Below are positions 28,109-40,081 of a stretch of DNA of 64,000 nucleotides, piece after piece (positions within the stretch are counted from its first letter, which is position 1; each line of letters opens with the position of its first letter). The notes beneath the pieces were generated by a model. That model made no database searches and was not told where the DNA came from. It was given only the letters and a program-made list of their open reading frames with translations. A program made the translations under genes and the position numbers. This DNA comes from an uncultured Chloroflexia bacterium (GTDB lineage Bacteria > Chloroflexota > Limnocylindria > Limnocylindrales > CSP1-4), in contig CAVZOG010000004.1 of assembly GCA_963776865.1 (NCBI GenBank), positions 588,642-652,641 of the forward strand. The letters run 5' to 3'.

Positions 28109-29504
28109 ATGGACATTGAGACGTTTCTGACGCCGGGGCTCGGCGACTCGACCTACCTCGTCGCGTCGGAAGGGGAGGCGGCGCTGATCGACCCGCAGCG
28201 CGATGCGTGGCGGTTCATCGAGGCCGCCGAGCGCTGGGGCTGGCGGATCACCCATGTGCTCGAGACGCACGTGCACAACGACTACGTGAGCGGCGCCCAG
28301 GAAGTGCGTGCCGCGACCGGCGCGGAGATCGTCGCGCCCGCACGCGGCGGCTACGAGTTCCCGTGGCGCGCCGCGGACGAGGGCTTCTCGGTTCCGATCG
28401 GCGACCTCGAACCTGGTCGGCATGGCGACGCCGGGCCATACGCCCGAGCACCTCGCGTGGCAGATCGTGCCCAGTGGGTCGGACGTGCCGGCGGCCGTGC
28501 TGACCGGTGGCAGCCTGCTGGTCGGCAGCGCCGGCCGGCCGGATCTGCTCGGCGCCGCCAAGATGCCCGCCCTCGCCGGGGAGCAGTTCCGGTCGCTCCA
28601 GCGCCTCGCTGCGCTGCCCGACGACGTGCGCATCCTGCCCACCCACGGCGCCGGATCGTTCTGCGTGTCTGGCGCGGGAGGAACGGAACGCGAGTCGACG
28701 GTTGGGCTCGAGCGCGAGCTGAACCCGTACCTGCAGGTGCCCGACAGCCACTCGTTCCTTCGCCTCGTCGAGCAGCGCCTGGGCCGCTATCCCTCGTACT
28801 ACAACCACGTGGGCGACATCAACCGCCACGGGCCGCTGCTGGGCGATCGCAAGTTCGCGCCGCCCAGGCTGACGCCCGACAAGCTGGTCCAGCTGGTCGA
28901 GGGCGGCGCCCGGGTTGTCGACGCGCGCGATCGATACAGCTTCGCCCGCGGCCACGTCCCCGGTGCGGTCCACGTCGAGCCGACCGACCAGTTCGGGAGC
29001 TGGGTCGGGATCGTGGTGCCGTTCAACGCGCCGATCGTGCTGATGGTCGACACGACCGACGCCACGCTCGTGCCCGAGCTCGTCGTCCAGCTGTGGCGGA
29101 TCGGCTACGAGCGCGTCATCGGCTACGTCTCCGGCGGCATCGCCCCGTGGCTCGAGGCCGGCCGCAGCGAGGTGCGCCACGAGACGCTGTCGAGCGAGCA
29201 GCTCGCTTTGGAGCTTGCCGCCGGCGACGGCCGCGCGATCATCGACGTCCGCCAGCCGACCGAGTGGCGCGAGGGCACGATCCCCGGCTCGCGCATGATC
29301 TTCGCCGGCGACGTCCGCGACGCCGTCGCCGACCTGCCCCGCGACCGAACCTGGACGCTCATCTGTAGAACCGGCGCCCGCGCCTCAATCGCCGCGAGCG
29401 TCCTCATGCGCGCCGGCCACCGCGCCCGCGTCGTCACCGAAGGCGGCGTCCCCGACATCCTCGCCTCCGCCTCGACCGCATCAACCCGTCAGGAAGCGGC
29501 GTAA
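28109..29504 (+). pseudogene. metallo-beta-lactamase-fold persulfide-dioxygenase-like enzyme fused to two rhodanese domains, one frameshift
   Basis: AAGGAG precedes ATG 28109. THVHNDYVSG is the HxHxDH-type motif. Deleting one C at 28412-28413 restores GDLELVGMATPGHTPEH. The rhodanese domains in 28308-29504 include the loop LICRTGARASIAA. Confidence 0.8.
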
Positions 29505-29735
29505 CCGGCGTGCTGACTTGACTAAGAGAACGGCTTGGCGCTGCGTTGTACGGGCTTACACGGGCCCCACGCCGGACTGATCGAAAGAGAACAGTGTGAG
29601 CCCCTGATGACGTAGGCTTGACGCTCACCTTGGTTCCCGATGAAAACTCGGGTGGTCCGACCCATCCGATGCCACTAGCAGCGTCGGCAGCACCAGATCT
29701 TGAAATCCAGAGCCGCCAATTGGCACCTCGCCCTG

Positions 29736-30188
29736 CTACGACACGCCACCTGAGGGCACGATGACTGGCTGCCGGCCGAACTCAATCAAGACAAGTGCCT
29801 CGAGCAACTTCATCTGCTGCACAGAGAACGGCGAAGCGGTCACCAGACCAGGCATCAACGTGAACCCACCTTCCGGGATTGACAACGACCATCGGCGCTG
29901 GATTGTCGCAATGAAGGCCACGCCTACGTCACGGCTTACCGCTAGTTCCAGCATCATGTCCGCGTCACTCGCGCCGGATGCTCCGCTAACCAGAAGCTGT
30001 GACGCGTGAGGCTTTGCCTCAGCCACAAACACAACAGGGCTCTTAATCGCCACGATGTCTGGGGCCTTCCATCTCCCGGTCGACGACCTGAAGCCAACCG
30101 CGACTTGCGTCGGACGAGCAAGCAGTACCCGCCAACTATTCGACCGCAGCCATTGCGCCGCCCAACTCACCAAGTCCCCCTCTGACAC
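29736..30188 (-). CDS. 150-aa PD-(D/E)xK (restriction-endonuclease-like) protein
   Basis: GTG 30188 lies 5 nt after the stop of the 411-aa ORF. The core is ..GRWKAPDIVAIKSPVVFVAEAKPH (D ... E-x-K on consecutive strands) after an N-terminal helix. The sequence context is low-GC. Confidence 0.55.
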   Translation of the reverse strand: MSEGDLVSWAAQWLRSNSWRVLLARPTQVAVGFRSSTGRWKAPDIVAIKSPVVFVAEAKPHASQLLVSGASGASDADMMLELAVSRDVGVAFIATIQRRWSLSIPEGGFTLMPGLVTASPFSVQQMKLLEALVLIEFGRQPVIVPSGGVS

Positions 30189-30193
30189 GTGGG

Positions 30194-31429
30194 TCAGAAA
30201 AACACCACACCATCACGAAACACAATCAGGTCGGCTGCAAACGAGTACAGCCGCACAAAGTTTTTCATTACCTGTGCGAGGCCGCCTCCTAGATGCAGAG
30301 TGTATGTGGGGATTCGGGTCCGAATGTCAGCGAAGTTTGTAGCTTGGAGCGGCGAGCGCTCCCAAGCGTCGCGTACATACTGAGCGAAGTCGGCAAAGTA
30401 CAAGAGCCCTAGGTCTATCACAAGATTGGCGTCGCGTTGCTCAGGCGTTGGACCCGTGCGACAGAAAAGGTAGTCGAAGACCAAAGGCTGCTGCGTGTAT
30501 GGGTCACCTCCCTTCCGGGCGATGCGATCGCGCAGAGTCGCCCTAGCTGCATTGACGGCTCCGGCATCATCAAGGTCGACTAGGACCGGTGTAAACACGA
30601 TGTTGCGGTCCCGTTTTACGATGCGGTCCGGAATCTTGGGCGGTAGTTGCAAACCTCGAGCACCGAGCAAGGCAAGAAGTTCAGCGTGTGTAAGTGGCCG
30701 ACCCGCTGGCATTCGATGCGTAAGCCGCTGAAAATCGCCGATCGCCGGAATTTGACGGTAGGCAACCTGACGCAAGTCATTCCGTAAGTCGACGATCATG
30801 CGTTCCGTCATTAAGTCGCGAAGGCTAAGGCCCTTCACGGCTGCATCGAGCACCATGTCGAAGAATGCGATAGTCCGGGCGATGCTGGGTGCATCGTGCG
30901 GCGGCAGGTCGCCGTAAGTAGCGTCGCCGTCCAAGCTGGCTCCGTCCGTTGACGGCCATTCTGCAATGTAGATTGGTGTTTGATGAATCTCGACCACTCG
31001 ATCGTACGCGAAAAAGAAGAATGGATCCGTGCGACCAGCAAAAGGTCTGCGGGCGGGCATGTCCCGCGGTGCTACGAATGCGCCGGGTATTCCCTCTTGT
31101 GCGCAACCAACGAGATTCGGAAAGCGCTGGATCCAGTGGTCACGCGCCGCGACGTGCTCGGTGACGTCTAGAGCAAAGATTGGTCGTATTGGTCGTCGGC
31201 CGTCGTCCACCGTCACTACGAGATCTGGCTTTGCGAAGAAGAGCAGACGACGGAGGCTTTCCGGTAGCTCGGCAAAGGCTGCGTGGCTGTTTTGTTGCGG
31301 TAGCGTGCCAACGTCCACGGTTACGACACCAGCCGTCTCAAGATCTCGAAGCGATGTGTACGCCGAATGTAGTCCCGCCCAAGCCCGTTCGCGGTGGTGA
31401 AGCAGCTGCACGCCGATCGGCGTGGTCAC
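30194..31429 (-). CDS. 411-aa protein of unknown family, candidate restriction/specificity component
   Basis: Intact ORF. Its GTG overlaps the M2 stop (GTGA at 31426-31429). I saw no ATPase, HNH, GIY-YIG or PLD motif. The only nuclease-like stretch is KPDLVVTVDD..FALDVTEH. Confidence 0.6.
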   Translation of the reverse strand: MTTPIGVQLLHHRERAWAGLHSAYTSLRDLETAGVVTVDVGTLPQQNSHAAFAELPESLRRLLFFAKPDLVVTVDDGRRPIRPIFALDVTEHVAARDHWIQRFPNLVGCAQEGIPGAFVAPRDMPARRPFAGRTDPFFFFAYDRVVEIHQTPIYIAEWPSTDGASLDGDATYGDLPPHDAPSIARTIAFFDMVLDAAVKGLSLRDLMTERMIVDLRNDLRQVAYRQIPAIGDFQRLTHRMPAGRPLTHAELLALLGARGLQLPPKIPDRIVKRDRNIVFTPVLVDLDDAGAVNAARATLRDRIARKGGDPYTQQPLVFDYLFCRTGPTPEQRDANLVIDLGLLYFADFAQYVRDAWERSPLQATNFADIRTRIPTYTLHLGGGLAQVMKNFVRLYSFAADLIVFRDGVVFF

Positions 31430-32642
31430 GGCTTTCTGAGCACCGTCACAGTGTCGTGGCCAATCAAGCCGGCCGTCGAGTGACGAGTCAACTTCAGACG
31501 TTGCCGGAATAACTCGTAGCTAAACGTCAAGGAGACCGAGGCGCCTCGGTCGGTGGCCATACCTACAAGCCGGCCCGAAGTATCTAGTGATACTCCCTTG
31601 ACGCGGTTCGTTCCACATACAAGTACCACATGTCCACCTGGCCGAACAGCGTCCAACATCGCGCCGATAGCAGTATTCATCTGCGTGAAGTACTTGTAGA
31701 CAATGTACGCACGCTTTGGTTCACCTGCGTGTACAGACTCAATCGCTGCGTTCAGATATGCAGCGGATGACCAACTGGCTGGAACACTGTGCACGTCGCG
31801 ATAATCCTGTGCGGACACCCGCTCACTACCGTAGTAAGTTCGTTCGTGTGAATGCATGTCCGCAGGAGGAATCGAACCTAATAGCAGCATTTCGTAACGA
31901 GTAGTCATCGGATAATTCATTGCGTTGATGTAGGGCGGTGACGTAACAATAAGATCAGCCCGTCCCAAGCCTACCCAGTCCATAATTCTGTCGGCCGAAC
32001 CTTGGACAACGGATGCGGTTACATCGTCGGGAAGGCGAGCCAAGGTATGCGCCAGGCGTTCCGTCGCCTTTGGGAGACGCCTCGCCAGGACCTTGGCTGG
32101 GCTGGGGGTTCCTTGGGCGACCTTGACCGGATCACGCTTCACCTTCAACGACCTTCATCCTGGTAGGAGAATGTCCGGATGGCTCCGGCGAGCACGCTCT
32201 TGAAAAACGGCTGCATCTCGATGGGCAAGTCGGTTTCAATAAACGCCCGCAACCGGGCAAACTCAGTCAGATGCCGCGTGTCAAACCAAAAGTCATCGAG
32301 GGCGAAAGTCATTCGTCGAGCGCGAGGAAGTGTATGAGGTCTGCGACAGACTTCGACGAGTGAGGACATGGCGCGCCACAGCAGTTCTTGCCTAACCTTG
32401 GTTGTCTTGGCGGTTGTTAGCAGGCAGGCATACGGGTTGACGTCCATGGCGAGAGTGTTTCTACCTGCAAGCATTGCCTCCAGAGCAGTCGTGCCCGAGC
32501 CAGAGAACGGATCTACCACAAGTGATGCTGGGGTGGAGTACGTTGAGATGGCCCATGCTGGCACGTCCGGAATGAACTTCGATGGAAAGGCAGCGATGGA
32601 ATGGGCTCCTCGGTTGCCATCGTTCGTGCTGGCCAAGGCCAC
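31426..32642 (-). pseudogene. N4/N6 DNA methyltransferase M2, one frameshift
   Basis: 32145-32642 carries FPSKFIPDVP..VVDPFSGSGTT (motif I). 31426-32148 carries DLIVTSPPY (motif IV) and LDAVRPGGHVVLV. Adding one A at 32147-32148 joins ..SYQDEGR to LKVKRDP. Confidence 0.8.
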
Positions 32643-32744
32643 AATCGATCCATTGGATTTGGCTGCGACAGGGATGGATACGGGCGCTAACGACGAGGTT
32701 GGGCGAGCTTCCAGGCGAAGAGCAGCTCCAGCGCGTGCGCGGGT

Positions 32745-33923
32745 CGCTTCGAAGACGAGGACACGCTGCTTTTTGGTGATAGCCGGCCGACCTCCGGCGA
32801 CGGCACGAGTGTCGCGGAACGACCGGCTGATTGACGACAGGTCATAGCTGATTTCGCCGACGAATCGCCAATCAGCTAACGCGCGAGGTCAACGTACAAC
32901 TCGCTCATATCCACGCGGCGACCCTCGAGAATGGAGTCGCCGGCGAACATGTATGCCAATTTGCTGGGCTTGAGAGTGCGGCCCGAAGCGCACCATTACG
33001 GGAGTCATGCGTCGAATGAACACGTCGACCGGCGCCTTTCGGCTCGAATGCTCGTATCGGGAGCCGATCTCGTCGGTCCTCACCTTGTCGAGATCGTATC
33101 CGAGCCAAGCCGCTCGTAGACGGTGGTAGAGGTAATAGTCGAAGCTGTTCGGATATGGTGGGGACGTGACAATGAGATCAACTGAGTCATCGGGTAAGTC
33201 AAGCTCTGACACTCGATCGGTCGAGTCGAAAATGATTTTCGCGAGCTGGCGGCCTTGCAGATCCTGCCGAAGTGACGCCATGCTCGAGACCGCAGCAGTC
33301 AACCGGCGCTTGAAACGACCCAGCGCATAGCCGTCAGGTAGGTTCTTATTGGTGGCTACATAGCGGGTTTCGCTGTCCTGATTGCTGACACTTGTGATCA
33401 CGGAGCTGAGAACGCACTCCAAGAAAACACGTGCCCGAATGTCATCGCAATCACGGATGCGAGCTAGCAGCCAAGCGAGCTCTTTCGACATGTTCGGCTG
33501 AAACCAATGACCCAAGCGATCCAAGGTAGGCAACGGCAGGTCAGGTAGTGACGCCGCATCAGCGTTGCCTATTTCCTCAAGCATGGCGACGACGGCCTCG
33601 AGGCCGTCGTCGCTCAGGGGCGTCGTCTTGGCGCGGCTGATTAGCGTCGCGATCGGATTGGAGTCGACGCCAATGCTTCGGCGGCCTTGGAGTGACGCCT
33701 CGACTAGCGTAGTGCCACTGCCACAGAACGGATCCAGAACGAGATGGCGCTCGTTCGTGTGCTCCTTGATGACATCACGTGGCAGATCGGGAATGAATTT
33801 GGCCGGGTACGGGTGCAGTCTGTGGATCGGGTGAGCGTCCGTTCCGGCCTCACCGACCCTGTAACGAAGCAGTCGGTTCAGCAGGCTGTCGCGAGCCGGC
33901 GCGCTTTTGCGTGGAGTATGCAA
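32745..33923 (-). pseudogene. N4/N6 DNA methyltransferase M1 (paralog of M2), two compensating frameshifts, 3' end uncertain
   Basis: TTG 33923 with GAGG upstream. Motifs seen are HPYPAKFIPDLP..LDPFCGSGTT and DLIVTSPPY. Homopolymer repairs at 32982-32984 and 32878-32879 restore GRTLKPSKLAYMFAGDS..DLARLADWRFVGE..KKQRVLVFE. The called ORF is 32889-33923. Confidence 0.8.
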
Positions 33924-33955
33924 CTCAGCCTCTGGCTGGACCCGATCCGAGAAGG

Positions 33956-37203
<3,248 letters not shown>

Positions 37204-37312
37204 CTCTGCTACTCCCTCTCTACCTCTCTCCGGGGGCCGACTTGGGGCATCTGGGCGATCACCCGCATCCGCCCATTGTGGTTCGGGCCGATGGCCGTGT
37301 CAAGCCACATAA

Positions 37313-37360
37313 CCACAATATCTGGTGGCTCGGCGTGATTTGTAACCCTAGCCCTAGTGT
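37313..37360. promoter_or_regulatory. two tandem NrdR-box-like palindromes upstream of nrdJ
   Basis: CCACAATATCTGGTGG (37313-37328) and ACCCTAGCCCTAGTGT (37345-37360). Each matches 11-12 of 16 positions of the acaCwAtATaTwGtgt consensus. The start-to-start spacing is 32 bp. They lie 110-157 nt upstream of the nrdJ ATG. Confidence 0.45.
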
Positions 37361-37375
37361 TTGGCCAAATTTCGT

Positions 37376-37430
37376 GGTGGACAGCCCGTGGAGCGTTCGT
37401 GGACCGTCTGGGGAACGTGCGTGGACGGCT
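37376..37430 (+). repeat. five consecutive 11-nt direct repeats (cGTGGAc core)
   Basis: The units are GGTGGACAGCC, CGTGGAGCGTT, CGTGGACCGTC, TGGGGAACGTG and CGTGGACGGCT. They lie in the divergent nrdJ / aminopeptidase intergenic region. Confidence 0.5.
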
Positions 37431-37584
37431 CCGGGCGCCTTTTAGGAAAGCTGATCTTGCTGCGATGTCGGCTGCTGCCCCACCCATCCGCCGAAAATTT
37501 CCCATTGCGCAGCGTTTGTGGCGGGCATATCGTCGCGCACAGTGGCGGCGCCCCAGCGCCGCCCGGAGGAAGAAGGAGAGGTAC

Positions 37585-39211
37585 ATGTCTCAATCTTCAA
37601 CTCGGGCGCGCGCGCGCAGGCGGGCCGGCTTATTGGGGCTTGTCACGCTCGTTGCCCTGGCGTCGCTTGCCACGGGGACGGCAGTGGCGGCGCCTTCGAA
37701 CAAAGCCTGTAAGAACCGTGAGAACGACTCCTACACGAAGTTGCTGGAGTGCGTGCGGCTTCAGGGTGTCCGCGGGCACCAGGCCGCGCTTCAGGCGATC
37801 GCCGACGCTAACGACGGCAACCGCTTCTCCGGCTTCGACGGCTACAACGACTCGGTCGACTACGTGGTCGCGCAGCTCGAGGCCGCCGGCTACGACCCGG
37901 ACGTTCAGACGTTCAACTACCTCGCCTACGAGGTCGTCGGCACTCAGAGCTCGAGCAGACGGCACCCAGACCAGGTCACGTACGAGCTGGGCGTCGACTT
38001 CGGCCCGATCACGCAGACCGACCCCGGCGACGTGACGGCAGATGTCACGCCGGTCGACCTGCAGCTCGGTCTGGGCAACACCTCGACGAGTGGCTGCGAA
38101 GCCTCCGACTTTGACGGCTTCCCCGCCGGGAATATCGCACTACTCCAACGCGGTGTACTGCACGTTCGAGATCAAGGCCGAGACGGCCGCGGCGAACGGC
38201 GCCGTTGGCATCGTGATCATGAATCAGGGCAACACAACTGGTGCCGACCGTCAGGGCATTCCAGCCGTGACGCTGACCGCCAACAACACGAGCGGCATCC
38301 CGGTGCTCGGCACCACGTATGCCGCTCGGGGCAGAGCTGGCCGGCATCGCGGGGCTGGAAATGCGCGTGTTTGCGAACACGCTGCGCCAGATCCTCCCGA
38401 CCGCCAACGTGCTCGCCGAGAAGACCGGCGTCAACGACAACAACGTCGTCATGGCCGGCGCGCACCTCGACTCCGTGCTTGCCGGACCGGGCATCAACGA
38501 CAACGGCTCGGGCAGCGCGGCGGTTCTGGAGACCGCCATCCAGATGGCGCACGTACAGCCACAAAACACCCTTCGATTCGCCTGGTGGGGCGCCGAAGAG
38601 AGCGGGCTGGTTGGCTCGACGAACTACGTCAACGGACTCAACCAGGCTCAGAAGGACCGAATTGCTCTGTACCTGAACTTCGACATGATCGGCTCGCCGA
38701 ACTACATCTTCATGGTTTACGACGGCGACGAGTCGGGCTTCACGGCACCGGTTCCGGTTCCGCCGGGCTCGATCGCGATCGAGGACCTCTTCGAGTCGTT
38801 CTATACGCTCTCGGGCGAGCCGTATGACGATGCCGAGTTCAGCGGCCGAAGCGACTACCAGGCGTTCATCCTCAATGGCATTCCGGCGGGCGGCCTCTTC
38901 ACCGGAGCCGAAGTAACCAAGACCGTCGCTCAAGCAGGCGATCTGGGGCGGCACGGTGGGGGCGCAGTACGACCCGTGCTACCACGCCGCCTGTGACACG
39001 TTCGCGAACAACAACACTGCACGCACTTGGCGTCAACGCAGACGCCGTCGCGTTTGCGGTGCTCACGTACTCGCACTCGACCGAGTCGGTGAACGGCGTG
39101 CCGGGCACGGTTGTGCCCGGCAACTTCACCATCCCTGCGCCGGCCGGTCCTGAGGGCACCGTCGGCAGCGGTGGCGGTGGCGCTCCGCTCCCGGCCCTCG
39201 AGCTGAACTAG
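37585..39211 (+). pseudogene. secreted M28-family aminopeptidase with PA domain, at least 4 frame changes
   Basis: GGAGGAAGAAGGAGAGG precedes ATG 37585. The signal ends ..ALASLATGTAVAAP. The PA domain lies in the frame of 38042. The M28 core is in 38319-38996 (MAGAHLDSV..GINDNGSGSAAVLE..FAWWGAEESGLVGS..NFDMIGSPN). The tail lies in 38956 and 38993-39211. Confidence 0.8.
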
Positions 39212-39222
39212 CGTCGACTCGT

Positions 39223-39254
39223 GGATGGGTGGCTCTTCAGGGAGTCACCCATCC
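39223..39254. terminator. hairpin between convergent genes
   Basis: GGATGGGTG-n14-CACCCATCC lies between the stop at 39211 (+) and the stop at 39310 (-). Confidence 0.35.
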
Positions 39255-39309
39255 ATTCTCCCAAGCCGAGGCGCGGCCGGGTGCGAGCCCGGCGTGGCCG
39301 GGTGCCGAG

Positions 39310-40077
39310 CTAGTCGGTGCTCGGCCCGAACTTGTCCAGCAGGATGTGGATCTCGCCGACGCGCTCGAAGCCGACCCGCTCGAGGATCGGCCGCGACATG
39401 GAGCCGCCCTGGGTGAACAGCGTTGGCGTGCCACTCCGCTCCGCCTCTTCCCACCTTGCGTGGAGTAGCGCGCGATAGGCGCCACGGCCGCGGGCGCTCG
39501 GTAGCGTCGCGCCGCCGTAGAGCAGCAGGCCGTGTGAGGTTGGCGCGGCGGTGCCGGCAGCCACCATCTCGCCGTCGAGCCACACGGCGTGCATCAGGTT
39601 GACCGTCTCGCGCCAGCGATCGGGAAGCTCGGCGCGCGCCTCGGCGATCTCGTCCTCGGTCGATCCGAACGCCTCCCACTGCACGGCGTTCGCGGCCGCG
39701 TATTCCTCGAACGTTTCGATGCGGCGCCCGATGAGCCCGGCAGGCGGGCGCGGTGGCTCGCTCGTCAGCACAAGCGCCACGGCCGACGGTTCCTTGTCCG
39801 GAACGAGCCCGCGCGCGAGCAGCTGATCGACGAGGTCCGCGGGCTCGGCCTTGGAGCCGACTTCCCACTGAGTGCTGTCGCGGCCGCGCTCGCGCAGCAG
39901 GCCACGAACTTCTTCGAGCGTGGCATCGATCTGGTCCGCGGCCAGGTGCTGCCGCTGGACGGTGTTCCACGACTTGCCGTGGCCCATCCAGAGCGTGTAG
40001 CGACTGGTCTCGATCCGCACGTCCCTGGGCCCGAGCGGTCCGAACGAGTTCGGGTACTCGGCTATCTCACGCAGCAC
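39310..40077 (-). CDS. GNAT-family N-acetyltransferase
   Basis: Intact 255-aa ORF. The acetyl-CoA loop is TLPSARGRGAYRALLHARWEEAERSG. Confidence 0.8.
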   Translation of the reverse strand: MLREIAEYPNSFGPLGPRDVRIETSRYTLWMGHGKSWNTVQRQHLAADQIDATLEEVRGLLRERGRDSTQWEVGSKAEPADLVDQLLARGLVPDKEPSAVALVLTSEPPRPPAGLIGRRIETFEEYAAANAVQWEAFGSTEDEIAEARAELPDRWRETVNLMHAVWLDGEMVAAGTAAPTSHGLLLYGGATLPSARGRGAYRALLHARWEEAERSGTPTLFTQGGSMSRPILERVGFERVGEIHILLDKFGPSTD

Positions 40078-40081
40078 TTGA

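Noticed and set aside
28248-29180. 310-aa minus-strand ORF
   Set aside because: It is antisense to the MBL-rhodanese gene. It has no motifs and an Arg/Asp/Gly-biased composition.
29505-29735. tRNA or attachment site at the left edge of the low-GC island
   Set aside because: I could find no cloverleaf or GGTTCGA-type T-loop, and no repeat of this sequence at the right edge (33924-33955).
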